A stretch of DNA of 64,000 nt, from assembly GCA_964554015.1 (NCBI GenBank), contig CAZKMO010000002.1, forward strand, positions 549 to 64,548. Direction: 5' to 3'. The position numbers and the translations under genes were made by a program. The notes under the pieces are model-generated. The model saw nothing but the letters and a program-made list of their open reading frames with translations. It did no database searches and had not been told where the DNA came from. Origin of the DNA: an uncultured bacterium (lineage in GTDB: Bacteria > Zhuqueibacterota > QNDG01 > CAYUAG01). Positions 38,147 through 48,600 of the stretch are shown in pieces (positions within the stretch are counted from its first letter, which is position 1; each line of letters begins with the position of its first letter).

Positions 38147-39688
38147 GTGCCTAAAATCCTTAATCCCTTTTATCTTATTATTGTAATTTCATCTCTTTAT
38201 AATTCAGGATTTTCCCAGAATCCTCCTCAAAATTTCCCCACCCCCCCCTCTGGTAAAAAAGAGTTGGTTAAAAAAGGTGAAAATTCCTTAAGTTATCCAA
38301 ATATAACACCTGTGTTAACTATGGGATACTTCAAGGGAGTTTACTCTGTACAAGCAAATGATGATATTTCTTCGGTAAAGTTATATATGCATGTACCGGT
38401 TATCCATAGACAAACCACACCCGTATTTTTCAGACTACTGGAAAGTTCGCCTTCAGGTAAGATTCTGGATTACAAAACCATACCTAAGGGTAATGATAAT
38501 TGGGTAGCAGAAGTAACCGTAGGACAGCTGTTCCCGGGAGGATATATAGTAATCCCCTGGGAGTGCTGGACCCTGAAGAAAAATAATTCCTATTCTGATA
38601 TGCCGGATTATCTGGATAAGGATTCATTGTCTGGATTAGACGACAGCCTGGAACAATATCTAAAATCATCTGAGTATATTCAATCAGATGATTCTAAAAT
38701 TAAAGCCAAGGCGGAACAGCTGGGTGGTTCCGAGCAAAATATAATAGAGATGGTAAATTCCATAATTAATTTTACCGGAACTACTATTACCTACAAGAGT
38801 TATGGCCTGCAGGATGCTTTATCAACTTTACAAAGAGGGTATGCGGTTTGTACCGGAAAGGCAAATCTGGCTGTAGCTTTATTACGAGCCCTGGGAATAC
38901 CGGCCCGGGTGTTAATGGTAGCCTTTACCCACTATATCATTGAATGTTATCTACCGGATTACGGCTGGATCCGGGGTGAAACCACCCAGGCTGTCTTTCC
39001 CCAGCCGGTAGAAAATAACACGGTTATGATGGCCTGTACCCAGAAGGAAGAAAATTACAGCGGATATGGGGGAGTAATGTGTTACTGGGGTACTTCGGAC
39101 ATCCGGGTTTCCTATGATATTGAATACAGCAAGTCTGAAAGTAATGAAATGACATACCAAATTAATACAGGAGACTTTCTCATACTAAACCAGGCAGTTC
39201 AGAATACCAAGGACATATGGCATAAATATAATACCTATCTAAATTTTCAACGGTCCCCCCAGCAAGATGATTTATTCGCCCAGGCTCTCTCACACCAGGA
39301 GCAGGCTGTATCATATTTTGGGAAAAATAATATACAAAGTTATTTAGATGAAATTAAATTGGCAAGGGAAAAATATGAACAGATCGAAAAACTGGCTTCT
39401 GTAACCGACAGACAATTAATCACTGAACTTCAATTATATCAGAATCATCCCAATCCCTTCAACAACTCCACCCGTATTTCCTATACTCTGTCCTCTCCAG
39501 GACCGGTAAGCTTGAAACTGTATGATATAAGGGGAAGAGAAATTAAAATCCTGGTTAACGAATTTCAATCAGCGGATACCTACTCCCTCACAGTTAATCT
39601 TGAAGATCTGGCCAGCGGGATTTACCTGTATACCTTAAAAGTTGGAAAAAATTTTATTAAGACCAAGAAGATGCTGCTTATGCGTTAA
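38147..39688 (+). CDS. transglutaminase-like cysteine protease-fold protein with T9SS C-terminal sorting domain
   Basis: YAVCTGKANLAVALLRALGIPARV (catalytic Cys), downstream H (THYII) and D (PDYGW). C-terminal YQNHPNPFNNSTRISY...GIYLYTLKV is a T9SS CTD. Confidence 0.75.
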   Translation: MPKILNPFYLIIVISSLYNSGFSQNPPQNFPTPPSGKKELVKKGENSLSYPNITPVLTMGYFKGVYSVQANDDISSVKLYMHVPVIHRQTTPVFFRLLESSPSGKILDYKTIPKGNDNWVAEVTVGQLFPGGYIVIPWECWTLKKNNSYSDMPDYLDKDSLSGLDDSLEQYLKSSEYIQSDDSKIKAKAEQLGGSEQNIIEMVNSIINFTGTTITYKSYGLQDALSTLQRGYAVCTGKANLAVALLRALGIPARVLMVAFTHYIIECYLPDYGWIRGETTQAVFPQPVENNTVMMACTQKEENYSGYGGVMCYWGTSDIRVSYDIEYSKSESNEMTYQINTGDFLILNQAVQNTKDIWHKYNTYLNFQRSPQQDDLFAQALSHQEQAVSYFGKNNIQSYLDEIKLAREKYEQIEKLASVTDRQLITELQLYQNHPNPFNNSTRISYTLSSPGPVSLKLYDIRGREIKILVNEFQSADTYSLTVNLEDLASGIYLYTLKVGKNFIKTKKMLLMR

Positions 39689-39750
39689 AAAAAAGAACTT
39701 TCAAATATACAGACCCAAAATTTTAGTTAAAGTACGGTTTTAAGTAAGCA

Positions 39751-40227
39751 TTACTTTTGCAGTTCCCGTACAAAAGCATCTATCTTCTCTTCCGAAAGCT
39801 TGAACTGACTTTTTTCCACTCCGGCAACTTTTTTCACTACCGTTCTTTCCACAAAATTCATTTTATCAAAATCCAGGATTCCTCCCAGAATTCCCCGGGC
39901 AGCAGCATGTTCTCTCAGGCGTTCCGGAAAGGCCTCTTCAAACTGCTTTTGAGCCTGTTCTCCCTCATACATACAGCAGATAAAAAGACCGATCTTTTTT
40001 CCCAGCAGCGTTTTTTCCTGGGTTGAGCAAAACCGTTTTATTTGCCCCTGTATTCTCCCGGCATGGATTGACCCTCCTATAATAACCGTATCGTATTCGG
40101 CAACATTCGGTTTCTTATTATTCTTCAAATTCACAATTACAGTATCGGTGTTCAACTTTTCCCTGATTTTCTCGGCACAGGTTTTAGTGGAACCGTATTT
40201 GGTGGCATAAATAATAAGTGTTTTCAT
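39751..40227 (-). CDS. flavodoxin-family protein
   Basis: MKTLIIYATKYGSTK flavodoxin N-terminal signature. Start reassigned to the internal ATG at 40227, which has an AGGAAAGG SD. Confidence 0.7.
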   Translation of the reverse strand: MKTLIIYATKYGSTKTCAEKIREKLNTDTVIVNLKNNKKPNVAEYDTVIIGGSIHAGRIQGQIKRFCSTQEKTLLGKKIGLFICCMYEGEQAQKQFEEAFPERLREHAAARGILGGILDFDKMNFVERTVVKKVAGVEKSQFKLSEEKIDAFVRELQK

Positions 40228-40601
40228 AAAATACCTTTCCTGATTAATGATTAAATATAATGATGTTGAGTATACATACGTAAAATACAACTTAAAGTTT
40301 TAAGAAACATTGAGAGAATTCGGTATCAATATCGGTATCGCTATCGGGGTCGCAGTCAAAATGAAAATCTCATTACGGACCTAATATCCTGTCCCAATTA
40401 TTTAATTTGCATGGTAATTGCGGCAACCTGTTATCTGAAAAATAATAACAGTGATAATACACTGAATATGATATCTAGAGAAAATAATCCTTTTCAAAAT
40501 TGGTATCGATACCGAAAAATAAAAAAATGTGTATTTAATTAAAAATTTTTTGTATACTATGTGAAGAAAACATTTACTATAACTATCCTTGGAGTTACCG
40601 T

Positions 40602-41684
40602 ATGATAGAAACAATCAGTGAGTTATTCAGTATTACCTGGGTAAAAAACCTGGTTTTCTCCACCCTGTTATTGATCCTTTTTGTAATTATTTTCTATAGT
40701 GCAAACCGAATTTTCAAAAAATCAAAGATGGCCGATAACGTTAAAAAAAGGACCAGGAAATGGATTATATATATACTCATGTTAATGTATGCCCTCATTT
40801 TAATTCGCATATGGGCAGTTTCCGACCTGTTTGTATATTTTAAAAATCCTATCTTCAGCAAACTATTCAATTCCTTTCTGGCCCTGGGCATACTCTACCT
40901 GATTCTTTTCTTTGTCCGCCGTTTCATCAATTCCCTGGACCTAAAAATTCAGGAAAAGCATGAATACCGGAAACGGGTCGGGTATGCAGCCGGGTTTATT
41001 TACTTTATAATCCTGATACCAATCTGGGCGGAAAGCACTAAACAATGGGCAACTATTATTTCCGTAATGAGTGCTGGTATCGCCCTGGCCTTAAGTCCGG
41101 TTCTCTTAAATCTCGCCGGCTGGGTATACATAATCACCAGAAGACCCTTTAATACCGGAGATAGAATCGAATTGGGAAAGGTTATAGGAGACGTCATTGA
41201 CATTCGGGTTCTGCATACCTCTCTTCTGGAAATCGGAAACTGGGTTGACGGCGAACAGGGAACGGGTAGATTGGTACGCCTGCCCCACGGACAGATCTTT
41301 AAAAATGCTTTATATAACTATACCCAAGGATTTGAATATATCTGGAATGAATTATCCATAGTTATTACTTTTGAAAGTGACTGGAAAAAGGCCAAAGAAA
41401 TTCTTCTCGAATTTGGCAAACAGGAAAGTCAGGAAATCCAGGAACAGGTAAAAAATAAAATTAAAAGATTGTCTGAAAAATATTTGATCTACTTCAAAAA
41501 ATTTACCCCCATTGTCTATACCAAAATTGGAGATAACGGGATTAAATTAACCCTTCGTTTCCTTACGGATGTAAAAAAAAGAAGAACCGGTGAAGACCGA
41601 CTAAGTACAAAAATACTGGAGGCGGTCAATAAAACCGATAGCGTGAATTTTGCCTATCCAACCTATCGCATAACCAAAGATTAA
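40602..41684 (+). CDS. mscS: small-conductance mechanosensitive channel (MscS family)
   Basis: TM3-like ISVMSAGIALALSPVLLNLAGWVYIITRRPFNTGDRIELG motif. Confidence 0.85.
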   Translation: MIETISELFSITWVKNLVFSTLLLILFVIIFYSANRIFKKSKMADNVKKRTRKWIIYILMLMYALILIRIWAVSDLFVYFKNPIFSKLFNSFLALGILYLILFFVRRFINSLDLKIQEKHEYRKRVGYAAGFIYFIILIPIWAESTKQWATIISVMSAGIALALSPVLLNLAGWVYIITRRPFNTGDRIELGKVIGDVIDIRVLHTSLLEIGNWVDGEQGTGRLVRLPHGQIFKNALYNYTQGFEYIWNELSIVITFESDWKKAKEILLEFGKQESQEIQEQVKNKIKRLSEKYLIYFKKFTPIVYTKIGDNGIKLTLRFLTDVKKRRTGEDRLSTKILEAVNKTDSVNFAYPTYRITKD

Positions 41685-41689
41685 ATACT

Positions 41690-44600
41690 ATGCATTCCGG
41701 TTCCAGAAAAAAATCCCAACATTTATTAAAAAAAATTGTTATAATTTTCTTTCTAATCATCCTTAGTTTATTTCTTTTCCTGATTCTGTTTCTCAGGTAT
41801 TTTCTCCCTCAGGAACAACTAAAGCACTATACCGAAAAAAGCCTGTCCCGGGTACTGGAAAAACCGGTAGAAATAAAAAAACTTATGGTTAATCCCTTTG
41901 GTTCCATTACAATTCAGGACTTTTCCCTAATACAGCCCTCAGATCAGGAGGGAAAAATTGATACGCTGTTTAGGGTAAAGGAAATAATATTAAAATATAA
42001 ATTCTTTTCTTTGTTCAAACGAAGGTTGTGGATCTCCAGGGTATTGATTGATTCTCCTGAATTTATTATTCTTTCCTCTTCCCCAACCTCACAATCCTCT
42101 GCCCTAAAAGAAAAGGAAAAAATCATCCCTCCATCCTCCCCCAAAAATACGGTTAAAAAAACAGACTCATCTCTGCTGCTTCCCTTTACTTTTTTAATGT
42201 CTATATTTGAATTAAAAGACTGCACCTTTTCTCTGATATCCAATAATTCTCAAGGGAAAACTGCCTTTACCATTAGCGGGTTGAATTTAAACATCTCCAA
42301 AGTCAATCTGCCCCGGAATTTTCTAAAAGATAGGCAGTGGATTCGGGGTACACTGCAATTATTCACCCGGGAAGGGAACATTACGGTTAGATCCAGGAAG
42401 TCCAGTTACCAGTTTAAAACAGATATGATTTTGGCAGGTGAATATCAAACCTTAACTAATTGGAATCTATCCGGAAATATAAAAATTGGTAAAAAGGAAT
42501 GGAAAAAAAATCTCTGGCCCGAATTTTCTGTTGATATGGAAGGAAAAAATTTTGCAGAGCTGCTTATCATTAATCGGGTAAGCCTGCATACGCAGGAATT
42601 GAGTTTAATCAATCTGACTGGATCGGTAAAAAATTTAAGTACCTTCGATCTGACCCTCTCCAGCGGCACTATCGATCTTAACCAAACCCTTAAGCATTAT
42701 GAAAATTTATTTTCAGATTTCGCCCTGAACTTCTTTAATAAAATTAGTATTAAAGGCACTTGTGATCCTATAAAAGGAAAAATCCAGGGAACGAGTGATT
42801 CTCTCCGTCTGGAAATCGAATCCCGGCTGAACCTGAATAAATTTTTACTTACTGCTGATTCATCTTTTATGGAAAATGGATTTGTGGAATTTAGTGCCAC
42901 TGGCTTGGCCAGCCTGGAAAAAATTGAAGATATGAAAATAAAAGGGAAAATCGGTTATGACTCCTTCTCTAAAAATATGGGTGATACCCTAACATTACAA
43001 ACAGGAAAACTATCCTGTGTTTTTAACACATCCCTGAACAGTCACATATTTCCCTATATCGGAGACCTGCACTGCAGCCTGAATGATCTAATGAGGGGCA
43101 ACACAGAACTGAATATTAATTGGTTTTCGAAACCGGGAGTGCTGCCCAAAAAAGAAAATTTAATAGTAAAAGCCCGATTACAGGCGGACTCCCTTAATCT
43201 GGACTATCTCCCTTATCCCCTGCCGGATACAAAGGGAAAGGTAAGCTTTGACCTGGCCTTACTATCTCTGGGAGGAAGGCAAAATAAGGTTACTCTAAAC
43301 TGCAGGCTGGATTCTACCCGGTATAATCAAGAGTTGATCGGAACCGGAGAGCATAACCTGAAAGCAAACATATTTATTCGAATTGATGAAACCCAGTCGG
43401 AATTTTTTATGGACACCTGCCTGGTTGCCCTGGATAAAGTACTGGCTTGTCAGTTACAGGGATATTACGGAACTGAATCCCAAAAAATCAACCTGGATCT
43501 TAAACAGGCAACCATTGACAATGCCGAATTGATCTCCTTCTTTCCGCAAAACATTGCCCAAAATCTGACCTTGTCCGGATACGAGAATATACAGGCTTCC
43601 GTAATGTTCACCTCTCTCCCTGAAAGATTTTCCTCCTTTTCTGCCTCCATTGGCTTTCTCAGCACCGGTTTAAACCTTTTCCCCCAACGAATTTTTATTA
43701 ACGACCTTCAGGGTAAAGTTGATTTCCGGGGCAGTTTGAAAAATATCAGGGGAGAAGGAAACATGGTGGTGAATACCATTCGTATCCCGGAATTGAGATC
43801 TTCTCCTTTAGAGGACAGTTCAATTGATTTAAAAGTAGAATTAGATTCCTTAACTACTGTTCTCCTGAATACTGTGGTTATTTCTCTTCCTTCTCTGAAG
43901 TTCGGGGGGGAAATAAATGGTTCCCTTCAAAACCTAACCAGTGTTTCCTCTGCTCGTATCAAGGGGAAGGCTGCTTTTGCTTTTGATTCTCCCGATACAG
44001 TGGAAATTATAAATAATATACTTATCACCGGAAAAATAATGACTAACCTGCAGGCTGCCACCAATGATTCAACTAATTCCAATATTCACATCACCGGATC
44101 TCTGGGTACGGAATCGTTAGCCATCCACAGTAAAAATAACTTTCGGATTGGGAACATACAAAGTTCCTTACCCTTCAGTTTTAATTATGACTTAAATACC
44201 AAATTACTGGTAAAGTCTCCCGCAGATTCTATACCCCTTAAAAACAACTATAGAAATAAACGTTTTCTTTATCACAGTCTTTTCCCTGAAATTGGCCGAC
44301 TTACCCTGGAATCGGTACAAATCTCCAATTACCAGATTGACCGGATTGATACGGATATCCTTTGTTCCGGTAACCGTATTCAACTGCCCTGGATAGGCAT
44401 CAATCTTTTTGACGGAATAATCGCCGGAGATCTCTATCTGAATTTAAACACAGGAAAGCTGAGTGAGATAACTTACACTATCACCGGTAATGCCAACAGA
44501 ATAAATTCAGCAGCAATCAGCAGAATGAAACCGAAAGAAAAGAAAAAGTCAGACTTGGATGCAACTTTTAAGTTTGAAGGCAAAGGGCTCAATATAGCAG

Positions 44601-44884
44601 AAATTATCGATGTTTCCGGATATTTTCATATAACTAATCTGGGATCAGATTTTGCCAGTAACCTGCTGAGCAGTATTGATCCCTCCGGTTCAGACAGATC
44701 TATAAAAATGACCAAACAGCTTATTAACACCGGCTGGAAACCGGGGATTTTTTCCTTTGAATTACGTCATGGATATGTCTACCCTTCTTTTAATTTGCAT
44801 CAACCCTGGTTTTCCCCGGTACGACTGCCGGAAAGGTTGGAATACGGACGTCTGCCCTTGTCGTTTTTCTTGAAGAGTAAATAG
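41690..44884 (+). CDS. large N-terminally anchored AsmA-family (YdbH/TamB-like) protein
   Basis: Single N-terminal TM then LSRVLEKPVEIKKLMVNPFGSITIQDFSL, resembling the AsmA N-domain. Followed 260 bp later by a YdbL-like lipoprotein, as in the E. coli ydbH-ynbE-ydbL unit. Confidence 0.5.
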   Translation: MHSGSRKKSQHLLKKIVIIFFLIILSLFLFLILFLRYFLPQEQLKHYTEKSLSRVLEKPVEIKKLMVNPFGSITIQDFSLIQPSDQEGKIDTLFRVKEIILKYKFFSLFKRRLWISRVLIDSPEFIILSSSPTSQSSALKEKEKIIPPSSPKNTVKKTDSSLLLPFTFLMSIFELKDCTFSLISNNSQGKTAFTISGLNLNISKVNLPRNFLKDRQWIRGTLQLFTREGNITVRSRKSSYQFKTDMILAGEYQTLTNWNLSGNIKIGKKEWKKNLWPEFSVDMEGKNFAELLIINRVSLHTQELSLINLTGSVKNLSTFDLTLSSGTIDLNQTLKHYENLFSDFALNFFNKISIKGTCDPIKGKIQGTSDSLRLEIESRLNLNKFLLTADSSFMENGFVEFSATGLASLEKIEDMKIKGKIGYDSFSKNMGDTLTLQTGKLSCVFNTSLNSHIFPYIGDLHCSLNDLMRGNTELNINWFSKPGVLPKKENLIVKARLQADSLNLDYLPYPLPDTKGKVSFDLALLSLGGRQNKVTLNCRLDSTRYNQELIGTGEHNLKANIFIRIDETQSEFFMDTCLVALDKVLACQLQGYYGTESQKINLDLKQATIDNAELISFFPQNIAQNLTLSGYENIQASVMFTSLPERFSSFSASIGFLSTGLNLFPQRIFINDLQGKVDFRGSLKNIRGEGNMVVNTIRIPELRSSPLEDSSIDLKVELDSLTTVLLNTVVISLPSLKFGGEINGSLQNLTSVSSARIKGKAAFAFDSPDTVEIINNILITGKIMTNLQAATNDSTNSNIHITGSLGTESLAIHSKNNFRIGNIQSSLPFSFNYDLNTKLLVKSPADSIPLKNNYRNKRFLYHSLFPEIGRLTLESVQISNYQIDRIDTDILCSGNRIQLPWIGINLFDGIIAGDLYLNLNTGKLSEITYTITGNANRINSAAISRMKPKEKKKSDLDATFKFEGKGLNIAEIIDVSGYFHITNLGSDFASNLLSSIDPSGSDRSIKMTKQLINTGWKPGIFSFELRHGYVYPSFNLHQPWFSPVRLPERLEYGRLPLSFFLKSK

Positions 44885-44910
44885 GATGAATGATAAGGTA
44901 TAGTTATTGG

Positions 44911-45078
44911 GTATACGGTATAGGGTATAAGGTTATGAATTCTAAATTTTGAATTGAAAATTAAGATTGAAAGAGTATGAAATTAAATTAAATCTCACTC
45001 AGAGGCACTAAGACACAAAGAAACCATAAAAAATTAATATTATTTTATTCTTAGTGACTCTGTGGCTTGGTGTGAGAA
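44911..45078. repeat. ~170-bp repeat, left copy of an inverted-repeat pair (partner at 63653-63820); contains an internal 13-bp IR (cactcagaggcactaag...cttagtgactctg)
   Basis: About 93% identity to the reverse complement of 63653-63820 by manual alignment. Confidence 0.9.
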
Positions 45079-45146
45079 TCATAATCAAATATAAAAAGAC
45101 AAAAGAAAAAAAATGCTAAATTATAAAAAAGATGGAGGTTAATATG

Positions 45147-45692
45147 AAATGGATTACAATACTGCTGGTAATTTTTATTGTTGCGGGATGCAGTATAAAA
45201 GCTCCGGAAGTAAGAGTTACCGGAGAAATGACCGCCTTGGAACAGGAGGTAATCGGGGCTTACAATCAGATGAAAGAGGATACCTGGATGATTGCTTCCA
45301 CCCGGGATACTGAAGATACTACCGGGCAGGTAAGTGTTTCTCCGGAAAAAAGACAGGTGTTGGAAGCCTTGCAGAATCAAAAATTTAACAAAGACGATAT
45401 TGATGAATTTAAGATGAAGGGGTATGTGGGAGAAAAAAATGATGGATTTCTCCTGGTTCGTAATCTGGAAAAATATAATCTGGAACCGGAAAAAAACAAA
45501 TTCATCCAGGAACTGACAGCTCAGGAAAATCAGGACAGAGAAATTATTATGAACCGGGTTATTGAACTTAAATCCTCCCTGGAGGATTCCAATAAAGAAA
45601 ATATACTTTCTGTGTTTGCTAAAATGTATCAGGAGGATTCAGTAAAAGGAACCTGGATACAGAATCCGGATGGAACCTGGGAGAGGAAATAG
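45147..45692 (+). CDS. YdbL-like (DUF1318) periplasmic lipoprotein
   Basis: AGCS lipobox; KGYVGEKNDGFLLV and C-terminal KGTWIQNPDGTWERK parallel E. coli YdbL (...GEYVQGINGKWVRK). GGAGG SD 6 nt before the ATG at 45147. Confidence 0.6.
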   Translation, partial: KWITILLVIFIVAGCSIKAPEVRVTGEMTALEQEVIGAYNQMKEDTWMIASTRDTEDTTGQVSVSPEKRQVLEALQNQKFNKDDIDEFKMKGYVGEKNDGFLLVRNLEKYNLEPEKNKFIQELTAQENQDREIIMNRVIELKSSLEDSNKENILSVFAKMYQEDSVKGTWIQNPDGTWERK

Positions 45693-45697
45693 CAGGC

Positions 45698-48600
45698 ATG
45701 AAACCTAGCTGGCCATTTTACCTCCTGTTTGTCGGATTACTTAGTTTTCCGAAACTGTCGGAAGCCCAGGTATTAAAAGACGTATTACAGATTACCACCC
45801 ATCCGGCTTCTGATACTGATCCTACTGTATCTATAAACGGTAAATGGCTGGCATTTACCTCGGATAGATCCGGTAACAGAGATATCTGGATCAAAAAACT
45901 TCCCCATGGTAAAGTAACACAGATTACCACCAGCCCCTCAGATGACTATCAGCCCTGCTGGTCTGGCAATGGGAAATGGTTGGTTTTTGTCTCCTGTAGA
46001 AGAGATGCTTTAGGTGATATATGGCTTCAAAAAATCAAAGGGGGTAACCCCCAGGGAAATCCGGTACAGCTTACTACTCATTTGGGGGCAGATTGCTTTC
46101 CGAAGGTTTCTCCTGACAGCCGAAATATTGTTTTTGTATCAGACCGGGAGGGCGGGGAAGACTTGTGGATGCTGCAATTATCATCCGGATTACTCACCCG
46201 CCTTACCAATAAGGGCGGGACTGAACCTTCCTGGTCTCCGGATGGAAAAAATATTCTCTTTGTTTCTTTTCGAGATAATATCTATGGAGATCTTTATCTG
46301 CTTTCATTTTCGGATAAAAATTCTCTGAAATCGGAGGTGAAAAAACTAACTTCTTCCGGGCATGACAGAATTTACAGTCAACCCCAATGGATTCCTGAGA
46401 ACAATTCCATAATATTTAAAAAATATTCGGTTGACACAGACCGGGATGGCAAAGTGACTCCTCTGGATAATGCCGCCATCTGGAAAGCAACAATAGTAGG
46501 GGAAGATTCTGTTCCGGCCTCAATCCTGAATTATCTGAAATACAGGGAAATACAACTGACCACAGATATTTACTCGGACGACCATCCTTGTCCTCATAAT
46601 CAGGGTGGTATTTTATATGCTTCCCAAAGAAAGGGAAGCTGGGATATTTATCAAATACCTGGCAAGGGACTTTTCCCTCTTCAAGAAAATGCTTATGCCC
46701 AGTATTCAAAAGCAATAGAGAAATCAACCGAAGCAGTCAGCGAGGAGGAAATAAACCAGATAATATTGGGTTATCACAGAGTTCTGGATTATTTCCCCCA
46801 TGATTCGGTATGGGCAGCCAAGGCCTTTCTGCAAATGGGAGATTTATATAGAATATTAGGATATCCTAAAAAAGCCTCCGCTATATACAATCTTATCAGC
46901 ATTTACTATCCCTCCCAGAAAAATGAAATTGCCTCCGCCCAGTTACAAAAAGCTTCTCTTACTATATATTCTATTGAAGAACGAATTGATATTTGCCAAA
47001 ATATTATCGCAACTTTTAAAGAAAATACTTTTATCTCGGCCCAGGCCTGGCTGATTCTGGGAGATCTTTTCCAACAAAAAGGATATTCCAGTGAAAGTTT
47101 ACAATGCTACAGTTATATTGTAAATTATTATCCGGAAATGAGAAATATTCAACCTCTGGCCAGGTTAAAAATTGGAGATATTTTCAAACAGGCAGAACAG
47201 TTTGAAGCTGCCGAACAAAATTACGTTTCTGTACTGAGAGAATTTAAAGATTCACCTTTATGGAGAAAGCGGGCGGCAGAAAGAATTTTTGCCAATATCA
47301 GAGGAAATCCATCCCAAAAAATATCCTCATTGCGGCAATTAAAACAATCTGCTGAAGATCTGCCCTCATTGCAAGCTCAGGCCCAGCTTGAAATAAGCTC
47401 TATTCTTATAAAACAAAAACAGTTTCCGGAAGCAATTAAAGAACTGCAAAGTACCCAGGAAATGTTCCCCTCCCTGTCCTGGGTGCAGGCTTCTTCAAAA
47501 ATAATGCTCTCTGAAGCCTATGAAAAGAGAAGTGATGAGCTTAAAGCAATGTATTTGCTGCAGGAAGTTATAGAAAATTTCGAATTCCTGGAAGGAGGAA
47601 GGTTTGCCCATACTGCAGAAGAAAAACTCTTTCTATTACTCACCAGCACTGCCGAACAGTTATTAAAGACCGGAGATTTTGAACTGGCTGAAGTACGATA
47701 TCGCTGGGCCAGAAAGTATGAGCCGGACAATATCAGTGTTATGAGGGGAATGGTGGAAGCAGGTTTCCGGGCGGGAAGAGTTGATATTATAATAAACCAG
47801 TTAAAAGACAGTATTGAAGTCAAACCTGCTGATCCGGTTCTTCTGTATGGATTGGGACTTGCTCTTTCCTTTAAAGGTGAAGAAAATATAAAAGTACTGC
47901 AGCAATCCAATGCCTATTTAAAGCAGGCCTTAGAGTATAATTTTACTCTTATCCATCCTTATCGTACTCTGAGTTTTAATTATGAACTTATAGAACAGCT
48001 GCAGACCCGGGAACAAGAAAAAACTTTCTGGTCCAGGTTGGGTAAAACTGTTACCAGCCCTTTTCGATGGCTTTACCATCTTCTCCCCTTTACTCCGGAA
48101 GAGGAAAAAAGACGCTACTACGAACAGGCCATAGATGCTCTCATAACCGCCCTGGAATTAAATGAGGAAAAGAATGATCCCCAAATGGAAGCATTATTAG
48201 CTCAGAATCTGGCCAATAATTTTTATCATCTGGGAGAGTTCGGATATAAAAATGCTTCTGAATATTACCGCAAAAGAATAGCAATTGATACCACCTTTAA
48301 TACCTTACTCACTAAAGCACTTTTTTATCAAAGATTCGGTCACTGTGAAGCAGTGCTTCGTTTACCGGAAGCAGAACCCATTTTAAAAAAGGCCATTCAA
48401 TTGTATATAAAACTGGGAAGAGAGGAAGAAGAAATACAAAATAGAAGAATGCTCGCCTTTTTTTATCAACTGATAGAAAAATATGATAAATCAGTATCCA
48501 CTTATTTTCAATTGGTAAACTATGACCAGAGAACCGGGAATAAGGCAGAACTCCAGCGGGATTACCGTAATCTTGCTTACAATCTTTTCCTGTTGGGTGA

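Noticed and set aside
40402-40614. 70-aa minus-strand ORF in the flavodoxin/MscS intergenic region.
   Set aside because: Overlaps the MscS start and the palindrome/operator-like region; no RBS; low-complexity.
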